Origin: an uncultured bacterium
GTDB lineage: Bacteria > Patescibacteriota > Minisyncoccia > Phycocordibacterales > Phycocordibacteraceae
Length of the DNA: 64,000 nucleotides
Direction: 5' to 3'
Assembly: GCA_937879955.1 (NCBI GenBank)
Contig: CALFMK010000001.1
Location: 267,766 to 331,765, forward strand
This document shows positions 49,112 through 58,623 of this stretch, piece by piece. Position 1 is the first letter of the stretch. Every line of letters begins with the position of its first letter. The position numbers and the translations under genes were made by a program. The notes beneath the pieces are model-generated. The model made no database searches. It was given only the letters and a program-made list of their open reading frames with translations, and was not told where the DNA came from.

Positions 49112-50377
49112 TCAGTCTCGTCCGAGTATGGAGCTAAGGGTATTCTTGCGCACGATCATCCGGGACGGCACGTACCCGGCGAAGAGCGTCACGAGCACCA
49201 GGAGGCCGATGCGCGCGACGGTCTCTCCGAGCGGCGCCACGAGGATGCCGTCGGAGAACGGGAAATCGATCGGGTGCGCCGCGATCACGGGCGAGAGAAC
49301 GCCGTACAGGAGCAGGAAGCCGATGAGGGATCCTACGACCGCGTAGAAGATCGACTGGAAGACGTAGGAGAACTGTATCGCCTCTCCGGTGACGCCGATC
49401 CCCTTCAGGATCCCGATGAACTTCCGGCGGGTGACCGCGTTTATGAATATCACGATGAAGATGGTTATGGCCGCCACCGCGAGCCCGATGGAGCTGAACG
49501 CGGTGCCGAGCATCCCGAAGGTTGCGATCATGTCCTTCAGGAATTTCGGCTGGGCATCCTCGAACGTCTGGACGCGGGCCACGTCCCCGACCCCGTAGAG
49601 GAGGAGGCGGTCGCGCACGGCGGCCGGATCCGCCGAGTCCTTGACCGCGATGGCGATCTCCGCGACGTTCCCGTCGGTACGCCCGACGAGGCTGCGCATC
49701 TGCGAATCAGGCATGAAGGCCGAGAGGGAGACCTCGTCGACCTTCGTCTTGAGAATCCCCTTCACCACCACCTCCTTCGTGACATCGCCGACCTTGATCC
49801 GGATCTTCGAACCGACCCCGACGTCCTCGAGCGAGGTGAAGGCGGGAGACTCTATCGGTATGTACTGCTTGAGCAGGTAGTGGCCGAGCACCACCTGGTC
49901 ATAGTCTCCCGGCTCGATGAACGAGCCTTCGATCACGCTGTCGCGTATGCCGGTCACCGCATCCTCGTCGTGCGGGTCGACTCCTATGAGCTGCGCGGAC
50001 GCGGTGTTCGGCTTCTCGTCGTCGCGTCGCGTCTTGTAATTCGCCTCGAGGAGCGCGCCCGCGCGATAGCGAGGCGTGTAGGCTTCGATCTCGGGGATCT
50101 GGTCGAGGATGGCGAGCACGTTGCCCGTGTTCTCGATGTACTCCTTGTCCGAGAGCGCCGAGACCATCACGTCGGACGTGTACTTCTCGCGCGTCGCGTC
50201 CACCGCGCCCTGTATGAGGCCGACCAGGATCCCTGAGACGACGACCAGGTTTAGGAACGTCAGCACCATGACGAACACGATGAGGCCCGTCGTCCATATG
50301 CTCGCGCGCCGGAGCTGCCGGGTCGCGAGGAAGAACCCGATGCGCGCGTTGAGGCCGATCTGCCGGAGTGGTCCCAT
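49112..50377 (-). CDS. FtsX/MacB-like ABC permease
   Basis: 4-TM topology with a large extracytoplasmic loop; RRKFIGILKGIG. Confidence 0.9.
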   Translation of the reverse strand: MGPLRQIGLNARIGFFLATRQLRRASIWTTGLIVFVMVLTFLNLVVVSGILVGLIQGAVDATREKYTSDVMVSALSDKEYIENTGNVLAILDQIPEIEAYTPRYRAGALLEANYKTRRDDEKPNTASAQLIGVDPHDEDAVTGIRDSVIEGSFIEPGDYDQVVLGHYLLKQYIPIESPAFTSLEDVGVGSKIRIKVGDVTKEVVVKGILKTKVDEVSLSAFMPDSQMRSLVGRTDGNVAEIAIAVKDSADPAAVRDRLLLYGVGDVARVQTFEDAQPKFLKDMIATFGMLGTAFSSIGLAVAAITIFIVIFINAVTRRKFIGILKGIGVTGEAIQFSYVFQSIFYAVVGSLIGFLLLYGVLSPVIAAHPIDFPFSDGILVAPLGETVARIGLLVLVTLFAGYVPSRMIVRKNTLSSILGRD

Positions 50378-50383
50378 GGGCTA

Positions 50384-51835
50384 TCAGTCGCGCAGTATCA
50401 CCACGTCCCCCTCCGCAAGGCCAGAGACGATCTCTATCTCGCCGAGCGAGGAGACGGCGCCTGTCACCACCGGGCGGCTCTCTGTCGCGTCGCCCGCCTT
50501 GACCTTCACCGATGCGGCGCCGCGCGTACGATGCACCGCGCCCTGCGGGATGCTGATAACCCCGTCTCGCTCGTCGGTCGTTATCACGATGTTCGCGGTC
50601 ATGCCGGAACGCAGGCGTTCATCCTCTTCGTCGAACTGGAGCCGGACGCGATACGTCGAGACGCCATCCCGCACGGTCTCAGATGGGTCGATAGCGATCA
50701 CGCGCGCGGCAAACGGCACGGACTCCCCGTACGCGTCGAGCGTCACGACCGCGGGATCCCCCACCTCGAGGTACGAGATGTTTATCTCGGGCACGAAGCT
50801 CTCTATCTCGAGCCCGCTCGCGCCCATGAGGCCGACGGCCGGAGTACTGAGCGATGCCGTATCCCCGACCGAACGGTCGACGAGCGTGACGATGCCGTCG
50901 AACGGCGCACGCAGGGTCCGCTTGTTGAGCGCTGCCGTGAGTCGCCTCACCTCGGCCTCCGCCGATGCGAGCGCCGCATCGGCGATCGTCGGCCCCTGCG
51001 AGCGGCTCTTGATCTCCGCCTGCGCCTCTTCGATGACGCGCGTCCGTTCGCGGAGCGCTTCCTGATAGGCATTGTAGCTCGCGAGATACGACGCGCTCTT
51101 CGGATTAGGGATCTCGACCCTCCAGCTCGTGTCCCGGTAGTCGGTGAGCGGGCTCGTGAAGGTGACGTAGAGGCCCTTCGTGCCGAGCGGCGTCGGCCCG
51201 GTCTTCGAGATGCGCACCGCGCCGGTCCTCTCGAGCCCGAAGACGTAGAGGTCGTACGTTCCCGGATTAGGCGCGCGCGCCACGCTGAGGCGATAGGTCC
51301 CTTCCGCGCCGCCTTCGTAGATGCCCGTGATGACGGGAGGGTCGGCCGCATAGGTGCTCGACTCGGCGACCGCCGCCAGGTCGGTGGAGAGGAGCGTGCG
51401 GTACGCACTCTCGACCTTCGTGTCCTGCTCGCTCGTTATCTCCTCGAGGCTCGCGCCCTGGCTCGCCCGCTCGGCGCGGCGACGCGTCACGTCAGCCTGC
51501 GCCGAGGCGAGCTGGGCCCTGAGCTCGTCCGAGGCGAGCTCGATGAGCGGATCGCCTTTCGACACGGCGTCCCCCACCGCCACGTGCACGCGCGAGACGC
51601 GTCCGGTATCCTCGAACGTCATCTCGACCTCGTCGAGCGCCTTCACCTTCCCGGAGACCGATACCTCCTGCACGAACGGCTTTCGCGTTACCGTGAGGAC
51701 CTCCTGCGTAGCGGGCCTGTTCCAGAACGCGGCGGCGAGCGCGCCGCCGGACAGCAGCACGAGCACGGCGAGAGCGGCCTTCCAGTGCGCACGGAACGCG
51801 CGCTTCACGGCATCGAAGAGGGTGTCAGGGGTCAT
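50384..51835 (-). CDS. Membrane-fusion/adaptor protein (HlyD family)
   Basis: GRVSRVHVAVGD, LRAPFDGIV, LRSGMTA, EIVSGLAEGD. Confidence 0.9.
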   Translation of the reverse strand: MTPDTLFDAVKRAFRAHWKAALAVLVLLSGGALAAAFWNRPATQEVLTVTRKPFVQEVSVSGKVKALDEVEMTFEDTGRVSRVHVAVGDAVSKGDPLIELASDELRAQLASAQADVTRRRAERASQGASLEEITSEQDTKVESAYRTLLSTDLAAVAESSTYAADPPVITGIYEGGAEGTYRLSVARAPNPGTYDLYVFGLERTGAVRISKTGPTPLGTKGLYVTFTSPLTDYRDTSWRVEIPNPKSASYLASYNAYQEALRERTRVIEEAQAEIKSRSQGPTIADAALASAEAEVRRLTAALNKRTLRAPFDGIVTLVDRSVGDTASLSTPAVGLMGASGLEIESFVPEINISYLEVGDPAVVTLDAYGESVPFAARVIAIDPSETVRDGVSTYRVRLQFDEEDERLRSGMTANIVITTDERDGVISIPQGAVHRTRGAASVKVKAGDATESRPVVTGAVSSLGEIEIVSGLAEGDVVILRD

Positions 51836-51909
51836 AGCGTGACCTCAGTCTAGCATCCGAGATGCGTGCAGACCCCCGCAGAGACTGCGCTCATTGCGGA
51901 AACGGGCGG

Positions 51910-52317
51910 CTACCCGAGCAACAGTCCGCACACGACCGCACCGACCCAGCCGATAACCGAGACCGAGCCGCTCACGAGGAGAAGATTCCTCTTGGCCTTG
52001 GGCACGTCCTTGAACTCCGTCGTTGCCGCAACGTTCACGAGCGACCCTATGAGGAGGCCGTTCACGGTAAGGGCCGCGACGAAGGCCATCTTCATGAGGA
52101 ACGTCGGATCACCGAGGAATCCCGGCTCGTCGATGAGCATCAGTCCTCCGGTCAGGATGATGCCGGCGAGCCCGAGGCTCACGATCACATGGAGCAGGTC
52201 GAGCTTCTTCTTGCTGAGCGTCTTCTGCCTGCCGCGGAACCACTCGAAGCCCTGCTCGTCCGAATAGACGACAGCGAGCCCGGTGACGATGATGAGGATG
52301 ACGTGGAACGTGACCAT
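51910..52317 (-). CDS. 4-TM hypothetical membrane protein
   Basis: Hydrophobic, with His residues in TM1 and TM2; 2 nt downstream of the b5 gene. Confidence 0.7.
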   Translation of the reverse strand: MVTFHVILIIVTGLAVVYSDEQGFEWFRGRQKTLSKKKLDLLHVIVSLGLAGIILTGGLMLIDEPGFLGDPTFLMKMAFVAALTVNGLLIGSLVNVAATTEFKDVPKAKRNLLLVSGSVSVIGWVGAVVCGLLLG

Positions 52318-52319
52318 GG

Positions 52320-52784
52320 CTAGGAGGCGAGGGTTCCGATAAGGAAGGAGGCGAGCTCGCGCTCGGGCCGCGCCTGCCCTCCATGCTGATCATCGAACGC
52401 AGCCGTGCCATCGACTCCGCAGAGACGGAGGATCGCGCTCTTCCCTCCCGGATGCTTCGAGATCCAGGACGTGAGGTCGTACACCTTGCCGCCGATAGCG
52501 GTCCAGCAGCTCGACGCACCCGCATGGGCGGCGACCTGCGCCATGGTGTAGCCCGACGAGGCGGGCGGCGGCGTGCTTGCGGGCGGCTTCGCGGGAGCGC
52601 TGTCCGCAGGAGACGTCTTCGGACTGTCCGGGGTAGCATCTGCGCTCGACGTGGCCGCGCTTTCAGCAGCCTCAGAAATCTCCGGCGACGGCAGAGACTT
52701 AGGCTCAGGGCCCTTGGCAAGATAGACGCCGCCGAGTATTCCGGCGACGATAACGAGTGCTATGGGAAATATATGCTTCATCAT
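52320..52784 (-). CDS. Cytochrome b5-like heme-binding domain protein, membrane anchored
   Basis: CWTAIGGKVYDLTSWISKHPGG..DGTAAFDDQH with both axial His. Confidence 0.9.
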   Translation of the reverse strand: MMKHIFPIALVIVAGILGGVYLAKGPEPKSLPSPEISEAAESAATSSADATPDSPKTSPADSAPAKPPASTPPPASSGYTMAQVAAHAGASSCWTAIGGKVYDLTSWISKHPGGKSAILRLCGVDGTAAFDDQHGGQARPERELASFLIGTLAS

Positions 52785-52850
52785 AGGGGCTATAGGTTGG
52801 GTGGTATGCGAGGTCTTCCTCCATACTATGCCGTTCGCCCCGTCTTACTT

Positions 52851-53339
52851 TCAGAAAGGATCGTCAGGGCCGTCCCTCGTCTCACGCACCGCCTGGTAGA
52901 GCGTCGTATCGTGGGCGAGGTAGTAGTGGATCGCGTGACCCACATCGAATGCCGCGAACACGGCGCCGAGAACGAGGGTGGCGCCTGCCAGGGCGAGTAC
53001 GGCTACGAACGTCCTGTACGCGTATATCGCATGCGCCCTCTTCAAGGTGAGATACGCGCTCAGTACGGACAGGATGAACAGGAGAAGCCATGCGACAGGC
53101 GCCCCCTCGAGTATCCCGCGTATGGGCGATGCGATAAGGGCTTCTGAACTTGAACCCTCCGTATCGAAGAAGACGTAGGCGGCGACAGAGAGGGCGACGG
53201 CGCCGACGCATACCGAGAGCGTGGCGAGGGTCCAGAAGACCCCTCGTCGCACAAGGAAATACCAGAACGGGCGGGGTGTTATTCCCCGATCCCGGATCTC
53301 GCGCATCACGTCCTTAGAAAAGTCATCCATCGTTTCCAT
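52851..53339 (-). CDS. Membrane protein, putative anti-sigma factor
   Basis: 3 TM helices; starts 1 nt after the ECF sigma stop codon. Confidence 0.6.
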   Translation of the reverse strand: METMDDFSKDVMREIRDRGITPRPFWYFLVRRGVFWTLATLSVCVGAVALSVAAYVFFDTEGSSSEALIASPIRGILEGAPVAWLLLFILSVLSAYLTLKRAHAIYAYRTFVAVLALAGATLVLGAVFAAFDVGHAIHYYLAHDTTLYQAVRETRDGPDDPF

Positions 53340-53340
53340 A

Positions 53341-53907
53341 CTATACGCCTGCTATGTTCATTCCTCTCAGGATCTTCTCGAGAGCGGCCTTGCCTCGCGC
53401 TATGTGCGTCGCGACCGTCCCCGGAGCCATCTCCAGGATATCCGATATCTCCTGATAGCTCTTCCCCTCGAAGAATCGAAGCACGAGCGTCTCTCGGTAC
53501 TCGGGCTTGAGACGCTGCAGCGCCGTGGCGACATGCACGCTCCGGAGCCTCGCATCGCTCTCTGCCGTGATATCGAACGCGTCCGGGATGGACGCGAACA
53601 ACGTAAGGGCATCCTCGCTCGCAAAGGCGTGCGCGCGATTCCGCATGTATCGGATATGCATCATCGCCTCGTTGTGCGCGATCCTGTAGATCCAGGAACT
53701 GAACGGCAGCGAGGGATTGTAATCGTTGAGATTCAGGTAGACCTTGATGAACGATTCCTGGAGGATGTCCTTCGTCGTGTCGGCGTCGAACGCTCCGAAC
53801 CGCTGGATATATCTCGATACCGGCTTTCGATAACGATCGATGATGGCCGAGAACGCTTCGGGATCTTGTATGGCCGCACGCACTGCTTCCTGATCCGAGA
53901 TCTCCAT
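53341..53907 (-). CDS. ECF RNA polymerase sigma factor
   Basis: DILQESFIKVY, FSSWIYRIAHN, SYQEISDILEMAPGTVATHIARGK. Confidence 0.94.
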   Translation of the reverse strand: MEISDQEAVRAAIQDPEAFSAIIDRYRKPVSRYIQRFGAFDADTTKDILQESFIKVYLNLNDYNPSLPFSSWIYRIAHNEAMMHIRYMRNRAHAFASEDALTLFASIPDAFDITAESDARLRSVHVATALQRLKPEYRETLVLRFFEGKSYQEISDILEMAPGTVATHIARGKAALEKILRGMNIAGV

Positions 53908-54031
53908 TTCCCTATTCTACATTTTTTCTCGCACACAGGGCCGGCGGCCACGAATGCGGCCAAGGATGGACAGGTTCAGAGCAATTGACTGGAAAGGGCT
54001 TGCGCAAGAAACGTATCGGCTGATTCGTGAT

Positions 54032-55930
54032 TTACCACCACACAGAGAGCCCTGCAGCCTTCATCTTGGCACGTGTAATCGGTCCGAAGTATCCGATTGA
54101 AGGATTCACGCCATGGGCTGCCTGGTATTTCGCAAGCGCATTCTTCGTCAGCGTACCGAAGAAGTTCGTTTCGTTGCCTGCACTGCCGACGCCAGTTTCC
54201 GAGAGCTTGAAGCCATTTGCATTAAGCAACTTCTGGAGATTGCGCACGTCCTCCCCGGCCATACCCAACTCAAGATCACGGACGCCTTCCGCCCCGTTCG
54301 CTCCGGTGACCGTTGAACCAGTCGTACCGAACAGGTTTGGCCACTGGGTTTTGAGTACGTCCGCCGCTGCCGCATTGCCCATATCCATAAGACTCTTCAC
54401 CTGTGCCTGTACCGAACCTCCGGAGCGGGAACGCGGCCGTGATTCAGGCTCTGGATCTGATGTGGGGTCTTCCTCTTCTTCAGGCGTACACGCACTCGTA
54501 TCGAAGGTCTGGTCTGACCCCGTAGTCGTACCCACGCTATTTACTGCATACGCGGCATAATGATAGGTCGTCTCGCAGTAAAGCTCCGTGACCACGGCCG
54601 TATATGCGCCCGTACCGAAGCTTCCCGATTCCGTTGTCGTGGCACCGTATGCCGTACTATCGCCGTATACGAACCCTCGCACCGTCGGAGTCTGGGTGCC
54701 GAGATCCGTTATGGTTCCATTCAGCGTTACGCTCGATTCCCCTGCTGAGGATGCTGCCTGCGTAGTGACCATAGGGGCGGACGGCACGATCGAATACGAC
54801 ACGACCGCAAGCTTATTGGCCTGCGACTGATCCCGGAATGCCGCATAGGGAGTCCCTGCAGAATCAAAGGCAAGCGTAGTGTACCGAGCGACATCGGTAG
54901 AGAATCCCGCTGTGCCCACACTGATCCAGCTGCTGCCGTCGTATTTCCGTACGCTCGTCTTAGAGCTGTTGCCACCGTCCTGGAAAATAGCATACGGCGT
55001 GGTGCTGCCGTTCGGGAACGTGATATTGGTAAAAGCTGCAGCACCGCTCGTAAATCCAGCTGATCCGACAGTATCCCAGCTCGATCCATTGAACTTGAGG
55101 GCCGTTGCCTTATCGCTATTCCCGCCATCCTGGAAAATGAGATACGGTGTAGTACTGCCCGTCGGGAACGCTATGTGCGTACCATATGCCGTACCTACAG
55201 ATAAATCGGTGGCCCCAGCCCCCACCCAGCTCCCACCAGAGAATCCCATGACCGTAGCCTTGCCGCCGCTTGCGGCATTGCTGAATGCTACGTACATCGT
55301 ATCGTTGTCTGATATTGCGAGAGAGAGGTAGTCTGCAGAATCCGGAGAGAACCCTTCAACGCCGAGCGCCCCCCAAGAGGTTCCGTCATATCTCATTACT
55401 GTTGCCTTATTGCCGTTCGCTTCATCTTCATACGCGACAACAGGCCTCCCGAGCGAATCGAAGGCCAGGGATATGAAACCAGCGCCCCCCGCCGAGAATC
55501 CCACAGCGCCCACCGCGACCCAACTACTACCGTTGTACTTCATAACGGTGGCCTTGCTGCCGTTAGCTTCATCTCGATATGCTACGTACGGTGTGGTGCT
55601 GCCTGCAGGAAACGCAAGGGACGTGTATATTACGCCGCCAGCAGAGAACCCAGTACTTCCGACTGCGACCCAATTGCTACCGTTGTACTTCAGTACAGTT
55701 GCCTTCCCGCTATTAGCCACATCTACGAAAGCCACGTACGGCGTGGTGCTGCCTGTAGGGATTGCGATGGAGGTATATACGGCTGCATCTGAAGTGATGC
55801 CTGCCGCGCCGACATTCTGCCAGGCATACGAGACCGCGAGCGCAGACGATGGGAATAAAAATGATATGGCAACTATCGCTGCAACTGGCAATGATGTCAG
55901 TGGTCTTAGGGAGAGTCCTTGTTTCTTCAT
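54032..55930 (-). CDS. Secreted protein: 7-repeat beta-propeller, FN3-like domain and peptidoglycan-binding domain
   Basis: Signal peptide; seven ~50-aa repeats; YHYAAYAVNSVGT; DVRNLQKLLN..FGTLTKNALAKYQ..GYFGPITR. Confidence 0.85.
   Translation of the reverse strand: MKKQGLSLRPLTSLPVAAIVAISFLFPSSALAVSYAWQNVGAAGITSDAAVYTSIAIPTGSTTPYVAFVDVANSGKATVLKYNGSNWVAVGSTGFSAGGVIYTSLAFPAGSTTPYVAYRDEANGSKATVMKYNGSSWVAVGAVGFSAGGAGFISLAFDSLGRPVVAYEDEANGNKATVMRYDGTSWGALGVEGFSPDSADYLSLAISDNDTMYVAFSNAASGGKATVMGFSGGSWVGAGATDLSVGTAYGTHIAFPTGSTTPYLIFQDGGNSDKATALKFNGSSWDTVGSAGFTSGAAAFTNITFPNGSTTPYAIFQDGGNSSKTSVRKYDGSSWISVGTAGFSTDVARYTTLAFDSAGTPYAAFRDQSQANKLAVVSYSIVPSAPMVTTQAASSAGESSVTLNGTITDLGTQTPTVRGFVYGDSTAYGATTTESGSFGTGAYTAVVTELYCETTYHYAAYAVNSVGTTTGSDQTFDTSACTPEEEEDPTSDPEPESRPRSRSGGSVQAQVKSLMDMGNAAAADVLKTQWPNLFGTTGSTVTGANGAEGVRDLELGMAGEDVRNLQKLLNANGFKLSETGVGSAGNETNFFGTLTKNALAKYQAAHGVNPSIGYFGPITRAKMKAAGLSVWW
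54770..55825 (-). repeat. Seven tandem ~150-bp coding repeats (propeller blades)
   Basis: Unit W..VG..GFS....YTSLAF..GSTTPY.A..D..N..KATV.KY.GSS; boundaries approximate. Confidence 0.85.
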
Positions 55931-56247
55931 GAAGTAACTGTAGCCCAGCTCTTTTACTTTTCTTGAAGGGGGGGGTGTTAATAGCGAATAGCTCACGAGC
56001 CTTGAAAGGTTTATGTCTTTACCATGCGGAACTTTACAGTCGCCGACAGATCAGTGACACAAGTACGCTTTAAGACTCCGTATCAGATACCTGCCCAGAC
56101 GCCTGAAAACGCCGAGCTCTCAACAATGCTGGCCGTCTCGTGTTAGAACCCTGGTCGGTCAAGCCCTGCTTAGTCCGTTTAGCTCCCTTCTAGGTTATCG
56201 AAACGACGCGTCTCGTGCGCTTCAAAAAGTGACAAAAGTGACAGTCC

Positions 56248-56835
56248 CTAGGCTTCATCAATATACTTCTCCAGCATTCTCTTTTTGGCCGCCTCAAGAG
56301 CTTCTGGAGTTGTAAGGATCTCAGGATAACGATAAATCATTCCTCCCTTTGAACGATCGAAAGCTCTTAGGTACTGATCTAGGTAAATCTGAGGGTTTAT
56401 ATAAATTACACCTCCCTCCTTCTTCCAGCCTTCGGACATATCGAAGTTATAGCCGATTTCGTGTCCTGCAACATTGAGCCAGCGATGAGCGATTACATTT
56501 CGCCATTCGTGTATTTCTGAAGCTATTGTTGAGAACTTCTTATCATCAGGATCACCGTCCATATCCATGTAGATCTGAACAAACTTCCTGTATCCCTTTT
56601 GACCGTCTTTTCCAAAAAAGCCATGAGAAATAGTAAGGGCAACTGAATGCACTCCTAGAAACATCAGTGACGTCTGACGATTATTTGGATTATCGAAAGT
56701 CGCTGCGATTTCATTATTAAAGAAATTTTGTATGGAGCCTAGTAGAGACTCAATTATTTCGACAGGTTCACTTTTCTGGAATCGATCCGTTCTATGCTCC
56801 CTGGTCTCATTCATATGCGCGTTGTTTTGAGACAT
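56248..56835 (-). CDS. Putative HEPN-domain RNase
   Basis: Helical protein with an R-x4-H motif (IHEWRNVIAHRW); last gene of the TIR operon. Confidence 0.6.
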   Translation of the reverse strand: MSQNNAHMNETREHRTDRFQKSEPVEIIESLLGSIQNFFNNEIAATFDNPNNRQTSLMFLGVHSVALTISHGFFGKDGQKGYRKFVQIYMDMDGDPDDKKFSTIASEIHEWRNVIAHRWLNVAGHEIGYNFDMSEGWKKEGGVIYINPQIYLDQYLRAFDRSKGGMIYRYPEILTTPEALEAAKKRMLEKYIDEA

Positions 56836-56840
56836 ATGTT

Positions 56841-57404
56841 TTATTGATAAACGCAAAGTCCATTGATTATCGGATTAATGACACTGTATATCTGCCAGAT
56901 AAATAGTGAGATCAGCGCTCCGTAAGTGAGGAGGACGAGCCATGAATGCTTGTTGCCGTTCATTTCCTTAAACAACGGGATCATCCCTTTCTGTCGCCAC
57001 TCCTCTTTTGCTTGCTTGTCTCCAAACAGTTCCTTGTACAGAGATCGCACAAACTGCACCCCGATGTAAATGAAACCGAAGCCAACGAGCGTCATTAGTG
57101 AGTCGTTAGCTACCCTATCCACTTCTGGAAGTCCGCAATATGATTGCCCGATAAACAGAATGAAGCTCAACCCAACGCTCGCTACCAATAGCGAACGAAA
57201 GACGCTGTATCCGGCGACAAACCAAAGCGCCGAAAAGAAAATACCAAATACGACTACGAACATCACTGGCGTGACTGCCGAAAGGAACTGTGTGTTGATC
57301 AGGAAGAACGTCGCCAGGGCAACTGCCATTAGAAAAATTAGGAAGGTCTTTTGGTTCTTTCCTTCTATCCCCAGTTTTTGTAAGAACCTCTTGAACCACC
57401 CCAT
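56841..57404 (-). CDS. Multi-TM (about 5) hypothetical membrane protein
   Basis: Hydrophobic segments; 4-5 nt gaps to both neighbours. Confidence 0.7.
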   Translation of the reverse strand: MGWFKRFLQKLGIEGKNQKTFLIFLMAVALATFFLINTQFLSAVTPVMFVVVFGIFFSALWFVAGYSVFRSLLVASVGLSFILFIGQSYCGLPEVDRVANDSLMTLVGFGFIYIGVQFVRSLYKELFGDKQAKEEWRQKGMIPLFKEMNGNKHSWLVLLTYGALISLFIWQIYSVINPIINGLCVYQ

Positions 57405-57408
57405 GGAT

Positions 57409-58206
57409 CTAGACGAGGGCCATTAACTGCAACATAAACCCTATGGTGATGAGTGTTGCTCCAATCACACCCCACTTTCTCTGCCCAAGACGGTCTTGAA
57501 CTTGAGGTAACTTTAAATTCTCTTCATCTGTACTACCAGACCAGCGAGATAGTCCGAGTCTAATGGCTTCCTTTTTAGAGATAAAAAGACCCTTCGCAAA
57601 AGCGAGACTGCCCAAGAAGGTCAGGGCGAGGCCAAGAATATTCAGGTAACTATCGATACCCACCGGCACTATCATTGGCGGAATATTTCCTGATATGAGA
57701 GACCAGGGAATGACTGAGGCGGCCAGCGCAATGTAAATTGCAATAAAGATTTTAGGGACATGAAGCTCAATATGACTGAATGGCCAATACACCTTCTTAT
57801 CCTCTCCACGCCCAAGCATCTCCCACTCAGTGTCATATAAAGCAAGCGGCAAGCGCTTCTCTATCATGTGAACCACCTTAAACTTCGCACTATTCAACCC
57901 TTTATACGAAGCAATGATTCTGTACCAAAGGTAGCAGACCGTAACGCCTGCAACTGAAGAGGCTGCTAGTATTAGGCCAATCTCTTGCTCGTTTGTCTTG
58001 GTGGCAACAAAACCCAACAGTGCAACAAGTGCAGTATTCAACCCCAGAAAGAATTCGTTCGTTTTTTGTCTACGATCACTGATTTTCTCAGTGGCATTAA
58101 TATAAATTTTGTATTGGTCCAAGAGATGCTCAATGTATCTATCGCCGTACTGCTCGGACGCAGATACAAAGAGCATCTTTTCTACATCTTGCTTTTCCTT
58201 GTTCAT
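57409..58206 (-). CDS. RipA/8xMP-like membrane protein with an extra C-terminal 2-TM hairpin
   Basis: QYKIY...ISDRRQKTNEFFLGLNT..W..II.SYK.LNSAKF.V...E..LP...Y..EW..LG.G pattern; family name recalled, not searched. Confidence 0.65.
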   Translation of the reverse strand: MNKEKQDVEKMLFVSASEQYGDRYIEHLLDQYKIYINATEKISDRRQKTNEFFLGLNTALVALLGFVATKTNEQEIGLILAASSVAGVTVCYLWYRIIASYKGLNSAKFKVVHMIEKRLPLALYDTEWEMLGRGEDKKVYWPFSHIELHVPKIFIAIYIALAASVIPWSLISGNIPPMIVPVGIDSYLNILGLALTFLGSLAFAKGLFISKKEAIRLGLSRWSGSTDEENLKLPQVQDRLGQRKWGVIGATLITIGFMLQLMALV

Positions 58207-58210
58207 ATAT

Positions 58211-58618
58211 TTAAGCAAGCTCGCGAATACCCGAGACAATGGAACTGGTATTCCACTTCACTATCTTGTCGGCATACTTCTTTACAGTCAGAGAAGTTCT
58301 CTCGCTTGCCCAGGGCTCAATTGCAAGAATCGGCTTTGGATTTGTGAATCCCTGAGCAATTGCAATTTCCTTGTTGATCCAAGTACTGTAAGTCGAGTAC
58401 ACGCCAGCAAGAATAATAATCACGTCACAGAAGCGCATTTGCTCTTGAATTGCACGTGATAGCGCAGCTGAGCTGGGTGCATTGTGAATTGGGTCATTCT
58501 TTGGGACGGAGTAGTTCCTGAAGTTAAATCGCGGATCAGCGTTGAGCATTTTTACAAGCTTCTCGTACGCATCGCCGTATGCCCAAGAATGGCTAATGAA
58601 AATGTTGTAGTGGCGCAT
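58211..58618 (-). CDS. TIR-domain protein (ThsB/MTH538/DUF1863-like)
   Basis: YNIFISHSW..NYSVP..CDVIIILAG..STWINKEI (catalytic Glu)..KPILAI. Confidence 0.88.
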   Translation of the reverse strand: MRHYNIFISHSWAYGDAYEKLVKMLNADPRFNFRNYSVPKNDPIHNAPSSAALSRAIQEQMRFCDVIIILAGVYSTYSTWINKEIAIAQGFTNPKPILAIEPWASERTSLTVKKYADKIVKWNTSSIVSGIRELA

Positions 58619-58623
58619 GCAAC

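Noticed and set aside
55968-55975. G8 tract upstream of the propeller gene as a phase-variation switch
   Set aside because: It lies outside the probable CDS and upstream of the promoter spacer, so there is no clear mechanism
56220-56245. AAAAGTGAC tandem repeat as an island att site
   Set aside because: No matching copy found near the recombinase end
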